A stretch of DNA of 64,000 bases, taken from IMG/VR virus record IMGVR_UViG_3300012943_000030, positions 43,698 to 107,697 of that record. One strand, 5' to 3'. Source of the stretch: a virus. Taxonomy: Duplodnaviria > Heunggongvirae > Uroviricota > Caudoviricetes. The notes beneath the pieces are model-generated. The model had not been told where the DNA came from. It did not search any database and saw nothing but the letters and a program-made list of their open reading frames with translations. The first letter of the stretch is position 1, and the number at the start of each line of letters is the position of its first letter. Positions 14,235-23,914 of the stretch are shown one piece after another. The position numbers and the translations under genes were made by a program.

Positions 14235-15854
14235 ATGGCACGCGCATCTTCAATCTACGTTTCAACGAACACTCGCAAGCTGTCGTCAACTTCGACGCCA
14301 CAGACGCAGGCACTGCCTGGCCGTGAGGACGAGATGGTACGCAACTCGGCAGGCGGAATGACCTTCCAGCTTGACCAGTGGGGCTACCTCGACCGCTTCC
14401 TCATTCTCGGCTCTGAGGCTCCTTCGTACTACGCTTCTGCAAAGAAGCTGACGAAGCTCAACTCAGCCAACCTTCTCGCCTGCATCAAGGCCGATGGTAT
14501 CAAGACCGTCGACCGCATCGTTGAGCTGTCGCTTGCTGGCCGTGCGCCAAAGAACGATCCAGCCGTCTTCGCCCTGGCGATGTGCGCTGTTCATGGCAAC
14601 GAGGCTACCATCAAGGCAGCCTACGAGGCCCTGCCAAAGGTATGCCGCATTGGCACGCACCTTTTCCAGTTCGTGTCTGCGCTCGATGAGCTCGGCAAGT
14701 GGAACGCCGCTGCGAAGCGTGGTGTTGCTGCATGGTACACCAAGCGTGGTGAGGACAAGCTGGCCCTCCAGCTGCTCAAGTACCAGCAGCGCGATGGCTG
14801 GGCGCACCGCGACGTGCTCCGCCTGGCGCACGTGAAGCCGCAGACAGAAGTACAGTCGAACCTCTTCCGCTACGTCGTGAAGGGTTCGGACGGTCTCGCA
14901 GAGGGCTCAGTAGTTCCGCAGCTGGTCAACGACTTCGAGGCGCTCAAGGGTGCCGATGCGAAGAAGGCGATCAAGCTGATCGAGAGCAACGATGCAATCA
15001 CTTGGGAGATGATCCCAACTGAGCTGCAGCGTGATGTGAACGTGATGTCTGCCCTGCTCCCAGGCATGGGTATCACCGCGCTCATCCGCAAGCTTGGTCA
15101 GCTGACGAACGTTGGCGTGATCGCACCGCTGTCGGCCGACGCGAAGACCGTTATCGCGAAGCTGTCTGACAAGGAGCTCATCAAGTCTGGTCGTGTTCAC
15201 CCGATCACGATCCTCAACGCCTTCAACACGTACAAGAAGGGCCACGGCGACAAGGGTTCACTCACTTGGAAGCCAGTGCAGCCAGTTGTTGACGCGCTGA
15301 ACGATGCGTTCTACGAAGCATTCGAGTTCATCGAGAGCACCGGTGAGGGCTACCTCATTGGTATCGACTGCTCGGGTTCGATGTGGTGGGACACCTCGCG
15401 CGTCAAGGGTATGAACCTGACCGCAGCAGAAGTTGCAGCCGTCATGGCGCTTGGTCTTGCAAAGCGTGAGCCGAACCACTGGATCGGCGCATTCGGCACG
15501 ACCATGAAGGAGCTCAAGATCACGCCAAAGATGCGCCTCGACCAGGTGTTGAACGTGATGCAGACTTCGATGATGGGTGGTACGGACTGCTCGCTGCCGA
15601 TGACGCACGCGTCAACTCACAAGATGTCAGGCGTGGACAAGTTCTGCGTGTACACCGACAACGAGACGTACGCTGGTCGTGCGCAGCCGGTGGAGACGCT
15701 GGCTCGTTACCGCAAGCAGTACAACCCGAAGGCGAAGCTGATCGTGTGCGGCGTGGCCGCGACCGACTTCACGATCGCTGATCCGAAGGATCCTGGCATG
15801 CTAGACATTGTCGGATTTGATAGCGCTGCACCGCAGCTCATTCAGTCCTTCTAA
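14235..15854 (+). CDS. Ro60-like TROVE-domain protein with C-terminal vWA domain (Rsr homologue)
   Basis: RBS AAGGAG at 14219. N-terminal TROVE-like region. C-terminal vWA MIDAS DCSGSM and GGTDCS. 539 aa. Confidence 0.55.
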   Translation: MARASSIYVSTNTRKLSSTSTPQTQALPGREDEMVRNSAGGMTFQLDQWGYLDRFLILGSEAPSYYASAKKLTKLNSANLLACIKADGIKTVDRIVELSLAGRAPKNDPAVFALAMCAVHGNEATIKAAYEALPKVCRIGTHLFQFVSALDELGKWNAAAKRGVAAWYTKRGEDKLALQLLKYQQRDGWAHRDVLRLAHVKPQTEVQSNLFRYVVKGSDGLAEGSVVPQLVNDFEALKGADAKKAIKLIESNDAITWEMIPTELQRDVNVMSALLPGMGITALIRKLGQLTNVGVIAPLSADAKTVIAKLSDKELIKSGRVHPITILNAFNTYKKGHGDKGSLTWKPVQPVVDALNDAFYEAFEFIESTGEGYLIGIDCSGSMWWDTSRVKGMNLTAAEVAAVMALGLAKREPNHWIGAFGTTMKELKITPKMRLDQVLNVMQTSMMGGTDCSLPMTHASTHKMSGVDKFCVYTDNETYAGRAQPVETLARYRKQYNPKAKLIVCGVAATDFTIADPKDPGMLDIVGFDSAAPQLIQSF

Positions 15855-16093
15855 TGAGACGCCTCCTCTCATCTCTTCTCAAGTTCCTCAGGGAAAGTTG
15901 GGAAGAGATGGGAGAAGCCTCAGTTGCCTCCTCCATGCAGATGGAAGGATACACTGACTTCGAGATTGATCTCGAGTTAAATAGGCTTAGGAAGTGGAAG
16001 GAGAAGTCCAATGTTCAGCATGTTGACGAACCTCACGAAGGCAGCAGTAGCGACAGCTCTGACGCCGGTAGCCGTAGCGGTAGACATCGTTAA
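15854..16093 (+). CDS. hypothetical protein
   Basis: 79-aa ORF. Gene calls in 15.85-16.43 kb are ambiguous (overlapping frames). Confidence 0.25.
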   Translation: MRRLLSSLLKFLRESWEEMGEASVASSMQMEGYTDFEIDLELNRLRKWKEKSNVQHVDEPHEGSSSDSSDAGSRSGRHR

Positions 16094-16165
16094 GCTGCCA
16101 TCAACAGCGTACAACAACGAGCCAGCGTTTGGTGAAACTGAGAAAATGCTCAAGACGGCAGGCGA

Positions 16166-16360
16166 ATGCGTAGAAAAAGCAGTCGAACCGGAGTAGACAA
16201 GCCCGACGAGAAAATCGTCGAGGTAAAGTCAAAGGCTGAGGTGATAGAGCTCTTCGGTACACCGAAGGATTTCACTGAAGACGAGCTTCGTGGCTTTTGG
16301 AACGCGTTCAGAACACCGCTGGTTCCTATTCGGCGAGTGCCACCAAAACGCAGGACATAG
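16166..16360 (+). CDS. hypothetical protein
   Basis: 64-aa ORF. Confidence 0.25.
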   Translation: MRRKSSRTGVDKPDEKIVEVKSKAEVIELFGTPKDFTEDELRGFWNAFRTPLVPIRRVPPKRRT

Positions 16361-16427
16361 TTTATGATCGGGGTGAGTAGGTTAGAATGATCTCTCACCC
16401 TTTGTTTTACCTCGAAGATGGGCAAAC

Positions 16428-16640
16428 ATGAAAGTTCACGTTACCTACAAGACCCCTGACGCTGTTCACTTCGGCGTTGTTGACGCCCTCGCCGATGTAG
16501 AGTGTACTCCTGAAGAACGGCGCACAGACTACGAGGACCTCAATGAGGCCGTACTCGCCATACTCGGTTCTGACGAGTACCTCACCGTCATCATCGACAC
16601 TGAAGAGAAGTCGGTCACCTTCAAGAAACCTCACCGATGA
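16428..16640 (+). CDS. hypothetical protein
   Basis: 70-aa acidic ORF ending at ATGA with DHFR. Confidence 0.4.
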   Translation: MKVHVTYKTPDAVHFGVVDALADVECTPEERRTDYEDLNEAVLAILGSDEYLTVIIDTEEKSVTFKKPHR

Positions 16641-17176
16641 AACTCAACATCATCGCCGCCGTTGCGCTCAATGGTGTCATCGGCGACAGCAGAACCAACA
16701 CGATCCCTTGGCACCTGCCCGCGGATCTGTTCAACTTCAAGCGCGTCACAGCTGAGAAGACCGTCGTCATGGGTCGCAGGACCTTTGAGAGCATTGGTCG
16801 TCCGCTGCCAAAGCGCAAGAACATCGTCATCACCTCTGATCCTCAGTTCAAGTGGCGCCACAAGGTCGCAACATTCACCACCCTCGCTGATGCCTTGGCC
16901 CAAGAAGAAGGCGAGGTGTTCGTCATCGGTGGCCAGAAGATCTACGAAGAGGCCTGCTCACTTCGGCCTGACGTGTTCTACATCACGGTCGTCAATGCCC
17001 AACCAGAAGGTGACGTCAAGTTTCCATATGATGGGTGGCAGTTCAAGGGAGGCATCTTCATGCCGATTGGCTGCTCAGCGCTCTACTACAACCGCTACAC
17101 ATCTCCTGAGCTGAACGAAAATGGCTACAGCTACCAATTTACCGAGTTCTCAAAAGATCCTCCGCCTACACCTTGA
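16637..17176 (+). CDS. folA: dihydrofolate reductase
   Basis: IAAVALNGVIG...PWHLPADLFNFKRVT...VMGRRTFESIGRPLPKRKN closely matches E. coli FolA. Confidence 0.85.
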   Translation: MKLNIIAAVALNGVIGDSRTNTIPWHLPADLFNFKRVTAEKTVVMGRRTFESIGRPLPKRKNIVITSDPQFKWRHKVATFTTLADALAQEEGEVFVIGGQKIYEEACSLRPDVFYITVVNAQPEGDVKFPYDGWQFKGGIFMPIGCSALYYNRYTSPELNENGYSYQFTEFSKDPPPTP

Positions 17177-17708
17177 CACGGAGTTCACTGACTTCGCCAA
17201 GGCAGACATGATCTCAATCGGCCTAGCCGCGTCTACCGACTTGACGTTCTATGCTGAGAACCTGGACTTTGATCAATCGCTGTCATCTGTTTGGGTCATT
17301 CAGAACATCTATCCCCTGCTCGACCATGTCAAGTATGGCATGAAGCGTTCCACGCTTGTGGCTCGACTTTGGGAGTGGCTTGATGAGCTGCCGTCAGAGA
17401 AGTTTGCAGTCGTCGTTGACTACCCTACTGACTGGCTCCTCTTCAAAGCCCATGGTCTCGCTGACCATCCAAAGTTTAGCCATGTTGAGTTTATATTCGA
17501 CAACATCTCGCGCTTCGCACGGCAGTCGCTTGCTGAAGGGATGGCGCTCGATGAGGTTACCGCCGTCTATCAGCGCGGTGTTGAGACCTTCCAGAAAGCG
17601 CTCGAGGATTACTTTTCGGACCCAGCAGTGGTCCGACATCACGCGCTTCATGACGCCATTGGCAACATGAAAGCGTACACTAAGCTGACCATCGACTACG
17701 GGATCTAA
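17121..17708 (+). CDS. DEDDh (DnaQ-like) 3'-5' exonuclease
   Basis: LHLDTEFTD (exo I, DxE) and HHALHDAIGN (exo III, Hx4D). Start uncertain, overlaps the DHFR 3' end. Confidence 0.5.
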   Translation: MATATNLPSSQKILRLHLDTEFTDFAKADMISIGLAASTDLTFYAENLDFDQSLSSVWVIQNIYPLLDHVKYGMKRSTLVARLWEWLDELPSEKFAVVVDYPTDWLLFKAHGLADHPKFSHVEFIFDNISRFARQSLAEGMALDEVTAVYQRGVETFQKALEDYFSDPAVVRHHALHDAIGNMKAYTKLTIDYGI

Positions 17709-17709
17709 C

Positions 17710-17928
17710 ATGACCACCTACAGAGTTGACATCATTGAAAGCGAGCGGGGCTGGGGACAGAAGGTAGACGAGCGCAGGTACTTCAGCGGTCCAAACGCGC
17801 TGAAGGAAGCCGAGGCCTTCGTCACTGACCACAATCGCAAGAGCATGCCGCCAGGACCAGTGCCTGACATCTACTGGCGCGCCGACACCCCGTTCCTCGT
17901 GCCCGATGAAGAGGCACCGAAGAAGTGA
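17710..17928 (+). CDS. hypothetical protein
   Basis: 72-aa ORF. Confidence 0.35.
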   Translation: MTTYRVDIIESERGWGQKVDERRYFSGPNALKEAEAFVTDHNRKSMPPGPVPDIYWRADTPFLVPDEEAPKK

Positions 17929-18125
17929 AAGAGCCAATCTCAGAGACTGGCCCATGGAACGTCTGCGACTGGAGCAAGGATGGGACAAGCGTAGTCGTAC
18001 TTCAGTCTGACGACTTTCAACATGATGTTGCCCTGTATATCGGCGGCGACTTCTGGGACCATGAGCAGAAGCTTGAATATGCCCATTCACTCTGCTCGCG
18101 CATGAACCGGATGCCACCTGCCTAA
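17925..18125 (+). CDS. hypothetical protein
   Basis: 66-aa ORF, ATGA overlap. Confidence 0.35.
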   Translation: MKEPISETGPWNVCDWSKDGTSVVVLQSDDFQHDVALYIGGDFWDHEQKLEYAHSLCSRMNRMPPA

Positions 18126-18141
18126 TCCCTGTTGAGCCCAC

Positions 18142-18212
18142 ATTATGTTAAATAGGTTGGCAGTTAACATAACTGCCAACCTGTGTACATGCCCCAGACT
18201 TCTTGATATGAT
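18142..18212 (+). promoter_or_regulatory. conserved phage promoter P1 (TTATGTTAA/TTAACATAA inverted half-sites, -35 TGTACA, -10 TATGAT)
   Basis: ATTATGTTAAAT..GTTAACATAAC..CCTGTGTACAT-N18-TATGAT. Member of the 6-copy family. Confidence 0.55.
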
Positions 18213-18241
18213 GCCTCCACGTTGAACACTTGGAGACCGAG

Positions 18242-18814
18242 ATGAAGAAGTCCATCATTGTTCTTGCCCTCATGGTTGCTACGGCATCCATCGCCCAGGG
18301 CATTGACAGCCGCGCACCTGAAGGTGCCACTGGTCCCGGCGTGCAGTTCACAAAGCGCGTTCGTGGAACCATCATCGGCGTCGGCTCGCCGATCTATCGC
18401 AACGTCGTTGTTGCCGTCGATTGCCCCAAACCAAAAGAACGTGAGCGTCACAGCGTCGTGAACCCTGGCACGGCCGTCGGCGCCGTAGTAGGTGGCGTCG
18501 CTGGTCGAGCCATTGGCAAGAACACAACATCCACCGTGATAGGCGCCGTCGCAGGCGCGGCGGTCGGAAACGAGATTGATCGACGCGCCGACGAGCGGCG
18601 CTATTCTGCCCCAGACGCCAACGGCTGCGTCTCGATATTCGAGCAGCAGATCGTCGGTTGGAACTACACGGCTGCCCAGCTCTGCCCACGCAATCAGGCT
18701 CAGCCGATGGACGAGGTGTGCGGAATACAGGCGCATGGCATCAAGACCCGTCAGCCGAACATCGGTGACGACACCACGCTTATCGTTGTATCAACAGTCT
18801 ACGCAGGAGAATGA
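18242..18814 (+). CDS. glycine-zipper (Gly-zipper 2TM-type) outer-membrane lipoprotein-like protein
   Basis: Signal peptide MKKSIIVLALMVATASIAQG. GxxxG-rich AVVGGVAGRAIG...IGAVAGAAVGNEID. Confidence 0.5.
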   Translation: MKKSIIVLALMVATASIAQGIDSRAPEGATGPGVQFTKRVRGTIIGVGSPIYRNVVVAVDCPKPKERERHSVVNPGTAVGAVVGGVAGRAIGKNTTSTVIGAVAGAAVGNEIDRRADERRYSAPDANGCVSIFEQQIVGWNYTAAQLCPRNQAQPMDEVCGIQAHGIKTRQPNIGDDTTLIVVSTVYAGE

Positions 18815-18999
18815 ACATGGACACGTTTTTCCGACTGGATACGCTGCTCTTCAGGGGCTTCATCCTTATCGTCGCAGCCTTCATGTTCATGTTTGATATG
18901 ATCGAACTCGCAATCATGCACGTGGTGCTGATGTTCACGCACGCGTATTACCGCTCGCGGCTCGCGATGAACTCGTTCAAGATTTTCCTCTATAGCTGA
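18811..18999 (+). CDS. small membrane protein
   Basis: 62 aa, one long hydrophobic helix. Confidence 0.35.
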   Translation: MNMDTFFRLDTLLFRGFILIVAAFMFMFDMIELAIMHVVLMFTHAYYRSRLAMNSFKIFLYS

Positions 19000-19021
19000 C
19001 AGGCTGCTGGCAGGCGCTGTT

Positions 19022-19050
19022 GGGCCAGGGAAACCTGGCCCATTTTCTTT
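19022..19050 (+). terminator. rho-independent terminator
   Basis: GGGCCAGG-GAAA-CCTGGCCC followed by ATTTTCTTT. Confidence 0.6.
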
Positions 19051-19999
19051 AGCCTAGAGCCTGATCGGTTGAGCAAGATGGCGCGGCAATCGCTGAGGTA
19101 AGCGGTGAGCCGGTTGCGCGGAGGTGGCTAAGAGTTGCCACCGTTCCAGCCTGAGCCACGTCGTAGTAGGCGTTGGCATGATCTTCGTTGAAGTTACAGG
19201 CAATCTCTATGTAGGTACCCTTGGCACCGTTAACTCCGGCAATCGACGCTGCCTTGGCATAAACGCCGAGGGAGTTTGCTGAGTAAGCACCTGAACCAGA
19301 CACTGTAAAAATCTGCTGCCAGCTGGTTGTCAGCTCGTAATAGCCAATGCTGCTGCCTGTACCGTTGCCTGAAAGCTTTGTCGTTGAGTGAGCCCTGAAC
19401 GCGATGTTCAGGTTGTTCAACATGGTATTCCAGTCGATGTCCTGCGGTGAGCCGGTGTTTGGGTGGGCTAGAGCCAAGCGAAGCTCGCCGCCAGTGTTGA
19501 AGAAGTGACGAGCTGCATTCTCTGATGCAAACGATGTTCCGAAAACACACTGAATGAACGTGTTCCACGTAGTGCTGCGCGTTGTGCTTGCTGCAGACGA
19601 AGTCAGCGTCATGTTGCCGATCTGATAGTTCAGGCGGTTCGTGTCGAGCGTGCTGAGAATATCTGGGAAGCTTTTGCTGTCGCCTGCTTGATGCGCAACG
19701 ATGGGCGCACCGGCTGCCACCTGTGCAGCAGATGGAAGAGCTGTCGTTGAGGTGTTCTGCCATGAGCAGAGGTTTGATACAACGGTCTGAAGAGTTGACC
19801 AGCTTTGAGCGGTATTACCAGCGCTGAGGGCGGTAAGAGCAGGCGATGACTGACCGTATCCACGGTCTCCATAGCCAATGCCCCAGAGATATCCAGCCAC
19901 AGCAGTGGCGGCCGCTCCATTTCCTGCAGCAGTTCCCGTAAGACCTGCTAGCGCATTGTAATCAGCGGCTCTAACTGTCTGGCCGTGAGAGTAGCTCAT
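19049..19999 (-). CDS. tail fibre protein (C-terminal/receptor-binding part)
   Basis: Gly/Ala/Thr/Ser-rich. RBS GAGAG on the - strand. Adjacent to the large fibre gene. Confidence 0.55.
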   Translation of the reverse strand: MSYSHGQTVRAADYNALAGLTGTAAGNGAAATAVAGYLWGIGYGDRGYGQSSPALTALSAGNTAQSWSTLQTVVSNLCSWQNTSTTALPSAAQVAAGAPIVAHQAGDSKSFPDILSTLDTNRLNYQIGNMTLTSSAASTTRSTTWNTFIQCVFGTSFASENAARHFFNTGGELRLALAHPNTGSPQDIDWNTMLNNLNIAFRAHSTTKLSGNGTGSSIGYYELTTSWQQIFTVSGSGAYSANSLGVYAKAASIAGVNGAKGTYIEIACNFNEDHANAYYDVAQAGTVATLSHLRATGSPLTSAIAAPSCSTDQALG

Positions 20000-20019
20000 T
20001 CTATAGTCTCTCTTCTAAC

Positions 20020-22224
20020 TTAGGCGTATGTCGCGTTCAACACTACATATGAAGGGTTTGCATCGAGCTGCACGAACATGATGTTTGCACCCTGCGCAAG
20101 GCTGAATGCCGTGTTGACGCCGAGACCACCTCCGCCACCAGGGAAGATCTGACCTCCAGATGGTGGATAAACGTTGACAGCCGAACCAGAGTAGTTCATA
20201 ACGATGAACGTTGTGCCTACTGAGTTTGGCAGCTTCACGCCTGCGCCGCCGCCAGCGGCGACGTGGTTGATCTCAGCTGCAAGCTGCAGAGCGCCAGACT
20301 GGTCTGAGCCAGTAGCGGTAAGGCTTGCACCTACTGATCTCTTGACGTATGTCGTTACCTGAATTGAACCAGGTGCGACGAACGTTGATGGGATCGAGAT
20401 TGTGATGGAGCCGGTTGCACCAGATACTGAGACCTGGTTTGAAGTACCAGCAAGTGCCGTAACGCCGGCGTTGTTGAGCGTAACGGTGCCACCGAGTGAT
20501 ACCGAACCACCACCCGACATGCCAGTTCCGGCCGTAACCGTGAGCGAGCTGTTGGTGAGAGCTGCATTTGGAATGCCGCTGAAGTTGGTACCAGTGAGGG
20601 TTGGTGTGGTCGTGTAAGCTGGCGTACCACCAGAAGCGGCGAGAACGCCGGTGCCAGTAGCGATGAAGCCAGTTGTACCAGCACCAGTCTGATAGACGAG
20701 GCTGTTTGCTGCGCCGCCAGCAACGTTCGTTGCGGTAGTTGCAGAGGTGGCCGAAGCGACGGTACCGGTCACGCTGATCGTGATCGCACCAGTTGCAGCC
20801 GACACGTTGATGTTCGTGCCGCCAGTGAGGTTCGTTACACCAGTGTTAGAGATCGTGACTGCGCCAGTTGCGCCAGATACGTTGATACCTGTGCCACCAG
20901 CAACCGACGTCACGCCAGTGTTGGAGATAGTTGTGCCAGCAATGTTGATGCCGCTGCCAGCAAGGTATGTGCCTGGACCACCGAACTGAGTGAAGACAAG
21001 GTTGCTGGTACCGATCGTGATCGAGCCAGTCGTTGTCTGTACCCACTGTGTGGTAGCCTGCGAACCTTCCTGAATGAAGGTGCTGTCGCCAGCAACAACT
21101 TCACCGGCTGGTGAGTTGTCAAAGTCGTCTGCACGGGTAAGGACCCAGTTAGCAGTTGTCTGCGTAACAACGTACACACCGTTCTGCTTGGCATCTGACT
21201 GGTCCTTGACGAGAACGCGGTCAGTTACGACAAGAGTTACACCGTCAACAGCTGCCATCGCGCCAGATCCAGTGAGGGTAGCGCCGGTGCCCGAGACACC
21301 GTTGTCATACGTGGCTGAAAGGTTGACAGTCGTTGCAGCACGGCAGGCAAGGTGAACGTTCATGCCAGAGGCGACGTTGTCCACATAGCCCTTGGTTGCA
21401 ACGTGGCTGCTTACCGTTGGCATCGTGTTCTGTGTGATGGCGTTGTTGAACGTCCATGAGCCAGAGATGGTCTCGTTTGCAGCGACGCGAGCAAGAGTTG
21501 CACCATCGGTGATCTGCGCTTCGAGGATCGTCAGCGCAGCTTCATGCTGTGTGACGCTGGCCTGTGAGATGCGACCGTTGGCAAAGGTGCCTGAGGTAAC
21601 AGCTGAGGCGTCAATTGCGATTGTCGTGTTTGACGCTGCGGTCAAGCGACCCTTTGCATCGACAGTAAAGGTAGGAACGCTTGTTGCGTTACCATACGAA
21701 CCAGCACCAACGGCGGTGTTGGCAAGCGTGGTTGAGATGGAGGTAGAGCCAGAACCGGATACATCACCTGAGAGGGTGATTGTCTGGTTTGCGCTAAGGA
21801 ATGTTGAAGTGTCAAGCGACCATGTGTTCGCTGCGGTCTTGCGCAGGAGACCAGAGGTAGCTGAGATGGCGCCGATAGCTGTAAGGTCGGCGTCGAGTGG
21901 CTGTGCATCTGAGATGCCATAGCCTGAGAGAGTGGTCGGGTTGGTGCCAGCTGAGACAAGGCCCTTAGCAGTAACTGTGACTGACTTGTAGGTGCCTGGT
22001 GTTACGATGTCAGCAAGAACGTCGCTGATGTCATCGCCTTCTGCAATCTGGCGGAACCAATCACCACCAGTGTACACATAGAGGCCGACCGGATTTGCAT
22101 CCACATCGTCATCAATGAAGAATAGCTCACCCTCATTCGGCGATGCCGGGAATACTGATCCGGTGTCTACGACTAGGTTCTGGACCTCAGAACCTTCTAC
22201 AAGCTTGATACCATCGAATAGCAT
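20020..22224 (-). CDS. large tail fibre protein
   Basis: RBS AGGAGTG plus ATG (MLFDGIKLV). Late-promoter-like CATAAATA on the - strand at 22262-22275. Repeats GVT..GGTNINVSAATGAITIS and TVDAKGRLTAASN. Confidence 0.65.
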   Translation of the reverse strand: MLFDGIKLVEGSEVQNLVVDTGSVFPASPNEGELFFIDDDVDANPVGLYVYTGGDWFRQIAEGDDISDVLADIVTPGTYKSVTVTAKGLVSAGTNPTTLSGYGISDAQPLDADLTAIGAISATSGLLRKTAANTWSLDTSTFLSANQTITLSGDVSGSGSTSISTTLANTAVGAGSYGNATSVPTFTVDAKGRLTAASNTTIAIDASAVTSGTFANGRISQASVTQHEAALTILEAQITDGATLARVAANETISGSWTFNNAITQNTMPTVSSHVATKGYVDNVASGMNVHLACRAATTVNLSATYDNGVSGTGATLTGSGAMAAVDGVTLVVTDRVLVKDQSDAKQNGVYVVTQTTANWVLTRADDFDNSPAGEVVAGDSTFIQEGSQATTQWVQTTTGSITIGTSNLVFTQFGGPGTYLAGSGINIAGTTISNTGVTSVAGGTGINVSGATGAVTISNTGVTNLTGGTNINVSAATGAITISVTGTVASATSATTATNVAGGAANSLVYQTGAGTTGFIATGTGVLAASGGTPAYTTTPTLTGTNFSGIPNAALTNSSLTVTAGTGMSGGGSVSLGGTVTLNNAGVTALAGTSNQVSVSGATGSITISIPSTFVAPGSIQVTTYVKRSVGASLTATGSDQSGALQLAAEINHVAAGGGAGVKLPNSVGTTFIVMNYSGSAVNVYPPSGGQIFPGGGGGLGVNTAFSLAQGANIMFVQLDANPSYVVLNATYA

Positions 22225-22334
22225 TTCTAGCACTCCTAGTAAGACGTGTCGCCAGCTGTGCGACTTTTCTCTTTTCATATTTATGCCAGGACGATGAAAG
22301 CAAGCGTAAATACAATATCGTCCTGAGGTATCCT

Positions 22335-23198
22335 ATGATCTCGTTTAAGCAGTTCCTAACGGAAGGTGGCCATGCAACGGCAAAGTATAGCACTGAGCGC
22401 GCCACGCAGAAGGATGTCAAATCTGCCATCGATTTTGTGTCAAGGGCGACTGGTATCTCACCGACCCAACTCAAAAATAGCTTGCTTGGATCAACTCGGC
22501 TGACAGCCAGCGGTAAGAAAGAAGACAGCGGTGATATCGACATCGCGCTTCCATACGATGACGCGAATGTTTCTGACGTGCACCGCAAAATGATGAAGGC
22601 CGTCAATGACGAAGGCCTCTTCAACGCCGGCACAAAGGTTGGCTCATACGCAGTTCCAGTCAATGGCAAGAAGGTCCAGGTTGACCTCATGTTTGTTGAC
22701 AACATGAACTGGGCAAACTTCATCTATCACTCGGCGCAGGGAGATGGTTCAAAGTACCCAGGCGCAGTACGCAACATCATTCTCTTCACCGCGCTTGCCC
22801 ACACTCAGGAACCTGGCAAGGACTTCATCATTCGAGACAGCTCCGGCAGAACCGTAGCTCGCGCCTCGCGGTCGATCACCCTCGCTGACGGCATGAAGCG
22901 TCTCTTCAAGTACGCGAAGCCTGGCAACAAAACGCTTGACAAGGTATCACCAGAGAAGCTGCGCGACTTCCTCAAGACCATCAATCAAGACGCTGAGTTC
23001 TCCGACAAGGAAGAGCCAACGAGCGACCCATCAAAGATCGTCTCATTCATCTTCGGCTCAGGTGTGAAGCCTGAGGACGTCACCACGGCAGAGGACGTCA
23101 TCAAGCTTGTGAAGAAGCTGAAGAATGGAAAGCGCATCCTGAAGGTAAGCAGGTCAGAGCTAGAGAAGGCGCACCTACCAGTTCCTGACGAGCTGTAA
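22335..23198 (+). CDS. Pol-beta-superfamily nucleotidyltransferase-like protein
   Basis: LGSTRLTASGKKEDSGDIDIAL fits the hG[GS]x9-13DhD signature of minimal/CD-type NTases. Confidence 0.4.
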   Translation: MISFKQFLTEGGHATAKYSTERATQKDVKSAIDFVSRATGISPTQLKNSLLGSTRLTASGKKEDSGDIDIALPYDDANVSDVHRKMMKAVNDEGLFNAGTKVGSYAVPVNGKKVQVDLMFVDNMNWANFIYHSAQGDGSKYPGAVRNIILFTALAHTQEPGKDFIIRDSSGRTVARASRSITLADGMKRLFKYAKPGNKTLDKVSPEKLRDFLKTINQDAEFSDKEEPTSDPSKIVSFIFGSGVKPEDVTTAEDVIKLVKKLKNGKRILKVSRSELEKAHLPVPDEL

Positions 23199-23269
23199 GT
23201 TTTCCGGGCGCTCAGCCTATGATATGATTGGTGGTAAGAACAAGCATCGCCGCAGCACGGCGACCACCA

Positions 23270-23914
23270 ATGAACCTCAATAAGATCACCGACCAGATCC
23301 TGCACTTCGAGGCAGAGACGCTGAAAGAGCTCACGCTCACCTTTTGCCGGGTGCAGGAGTTCTACGAAAGTCCGCACGCTAACATACGTGAGAAGAAGTT
23401 CGACCTCTTCGACTTCATCTTCACTCACATGGACGATGACGGTGAACTCGCCTACTTCTACTCGTGGCACGGCTTCAACTTCCACAGCCACGTCTACGGC
23501 CGATGGCTTAAGACAAAACCAACCTTGACGCCGCTCGAGCGCAAGCTCGTCAAGGACATCAAGAAGAACACCGACAGCCGGCCATTCTACGTGATCGCCA
23601 CGGTGAAGGGCATAGGTTCAGCGCTGCATCATGAGATGGCCCACGCGATGTTCTTCCTCTATGAGGACTACAAAGCTGAGGTTCTAGCAGCGATAAATCA
23701 AATAGACCCGGAGCTGCAGGGTGCGTTCAACCGCGGGCTCTATGAGATGGGGTATGGTGAGGAGGTCTTCCAAGACGAGACCCATGCCTACCTCGCGACG
23801 AGCTCAGATGCGTACCTAATGGAGACATTCAGCATTGATGCTGATGAACATCGAGACACCATCAATACCTTCGTCAGCATCTTCGAAAAGTACAACAACA
23901 AAGTGAGAAAGTAA
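23270..23914 (+). CDS. hypothetical protein with HExxH metallopeptidase-like motif
   Basis: ALHHEMAHAMFF. The start at 23270 or 23228 is uncertain. Confidence 0.4.
   Translation: MNLNKITDQILHFEAETLKELTLTFCRVQEFYESPHANIREKKFDLFDFIFTHMDDDGELAYFYSWHGFNFHSHVYGRWLKTKPTLTPLERKLVKDIKKNTDSRPFYVIATVKGIGSALHHEMAHAMFFLYEDYKAEVLAAINQIDPELQGAFNRGLYEMGYGEEVFQDETHAYLATSSDAYLMETFSIDADEHRDTINTFVSIFEKYNNKVRK

Noticed and set aside
18164-18736. - strand 190-aa ORF and other Arg-rich ORFs antisense to the glycine-zipper gene
   Set aside because: The + strand ORF has a signal peptide, RBS and promoter. The antisense frames are compositional artefacts of a Gly/Ala-rich gene.
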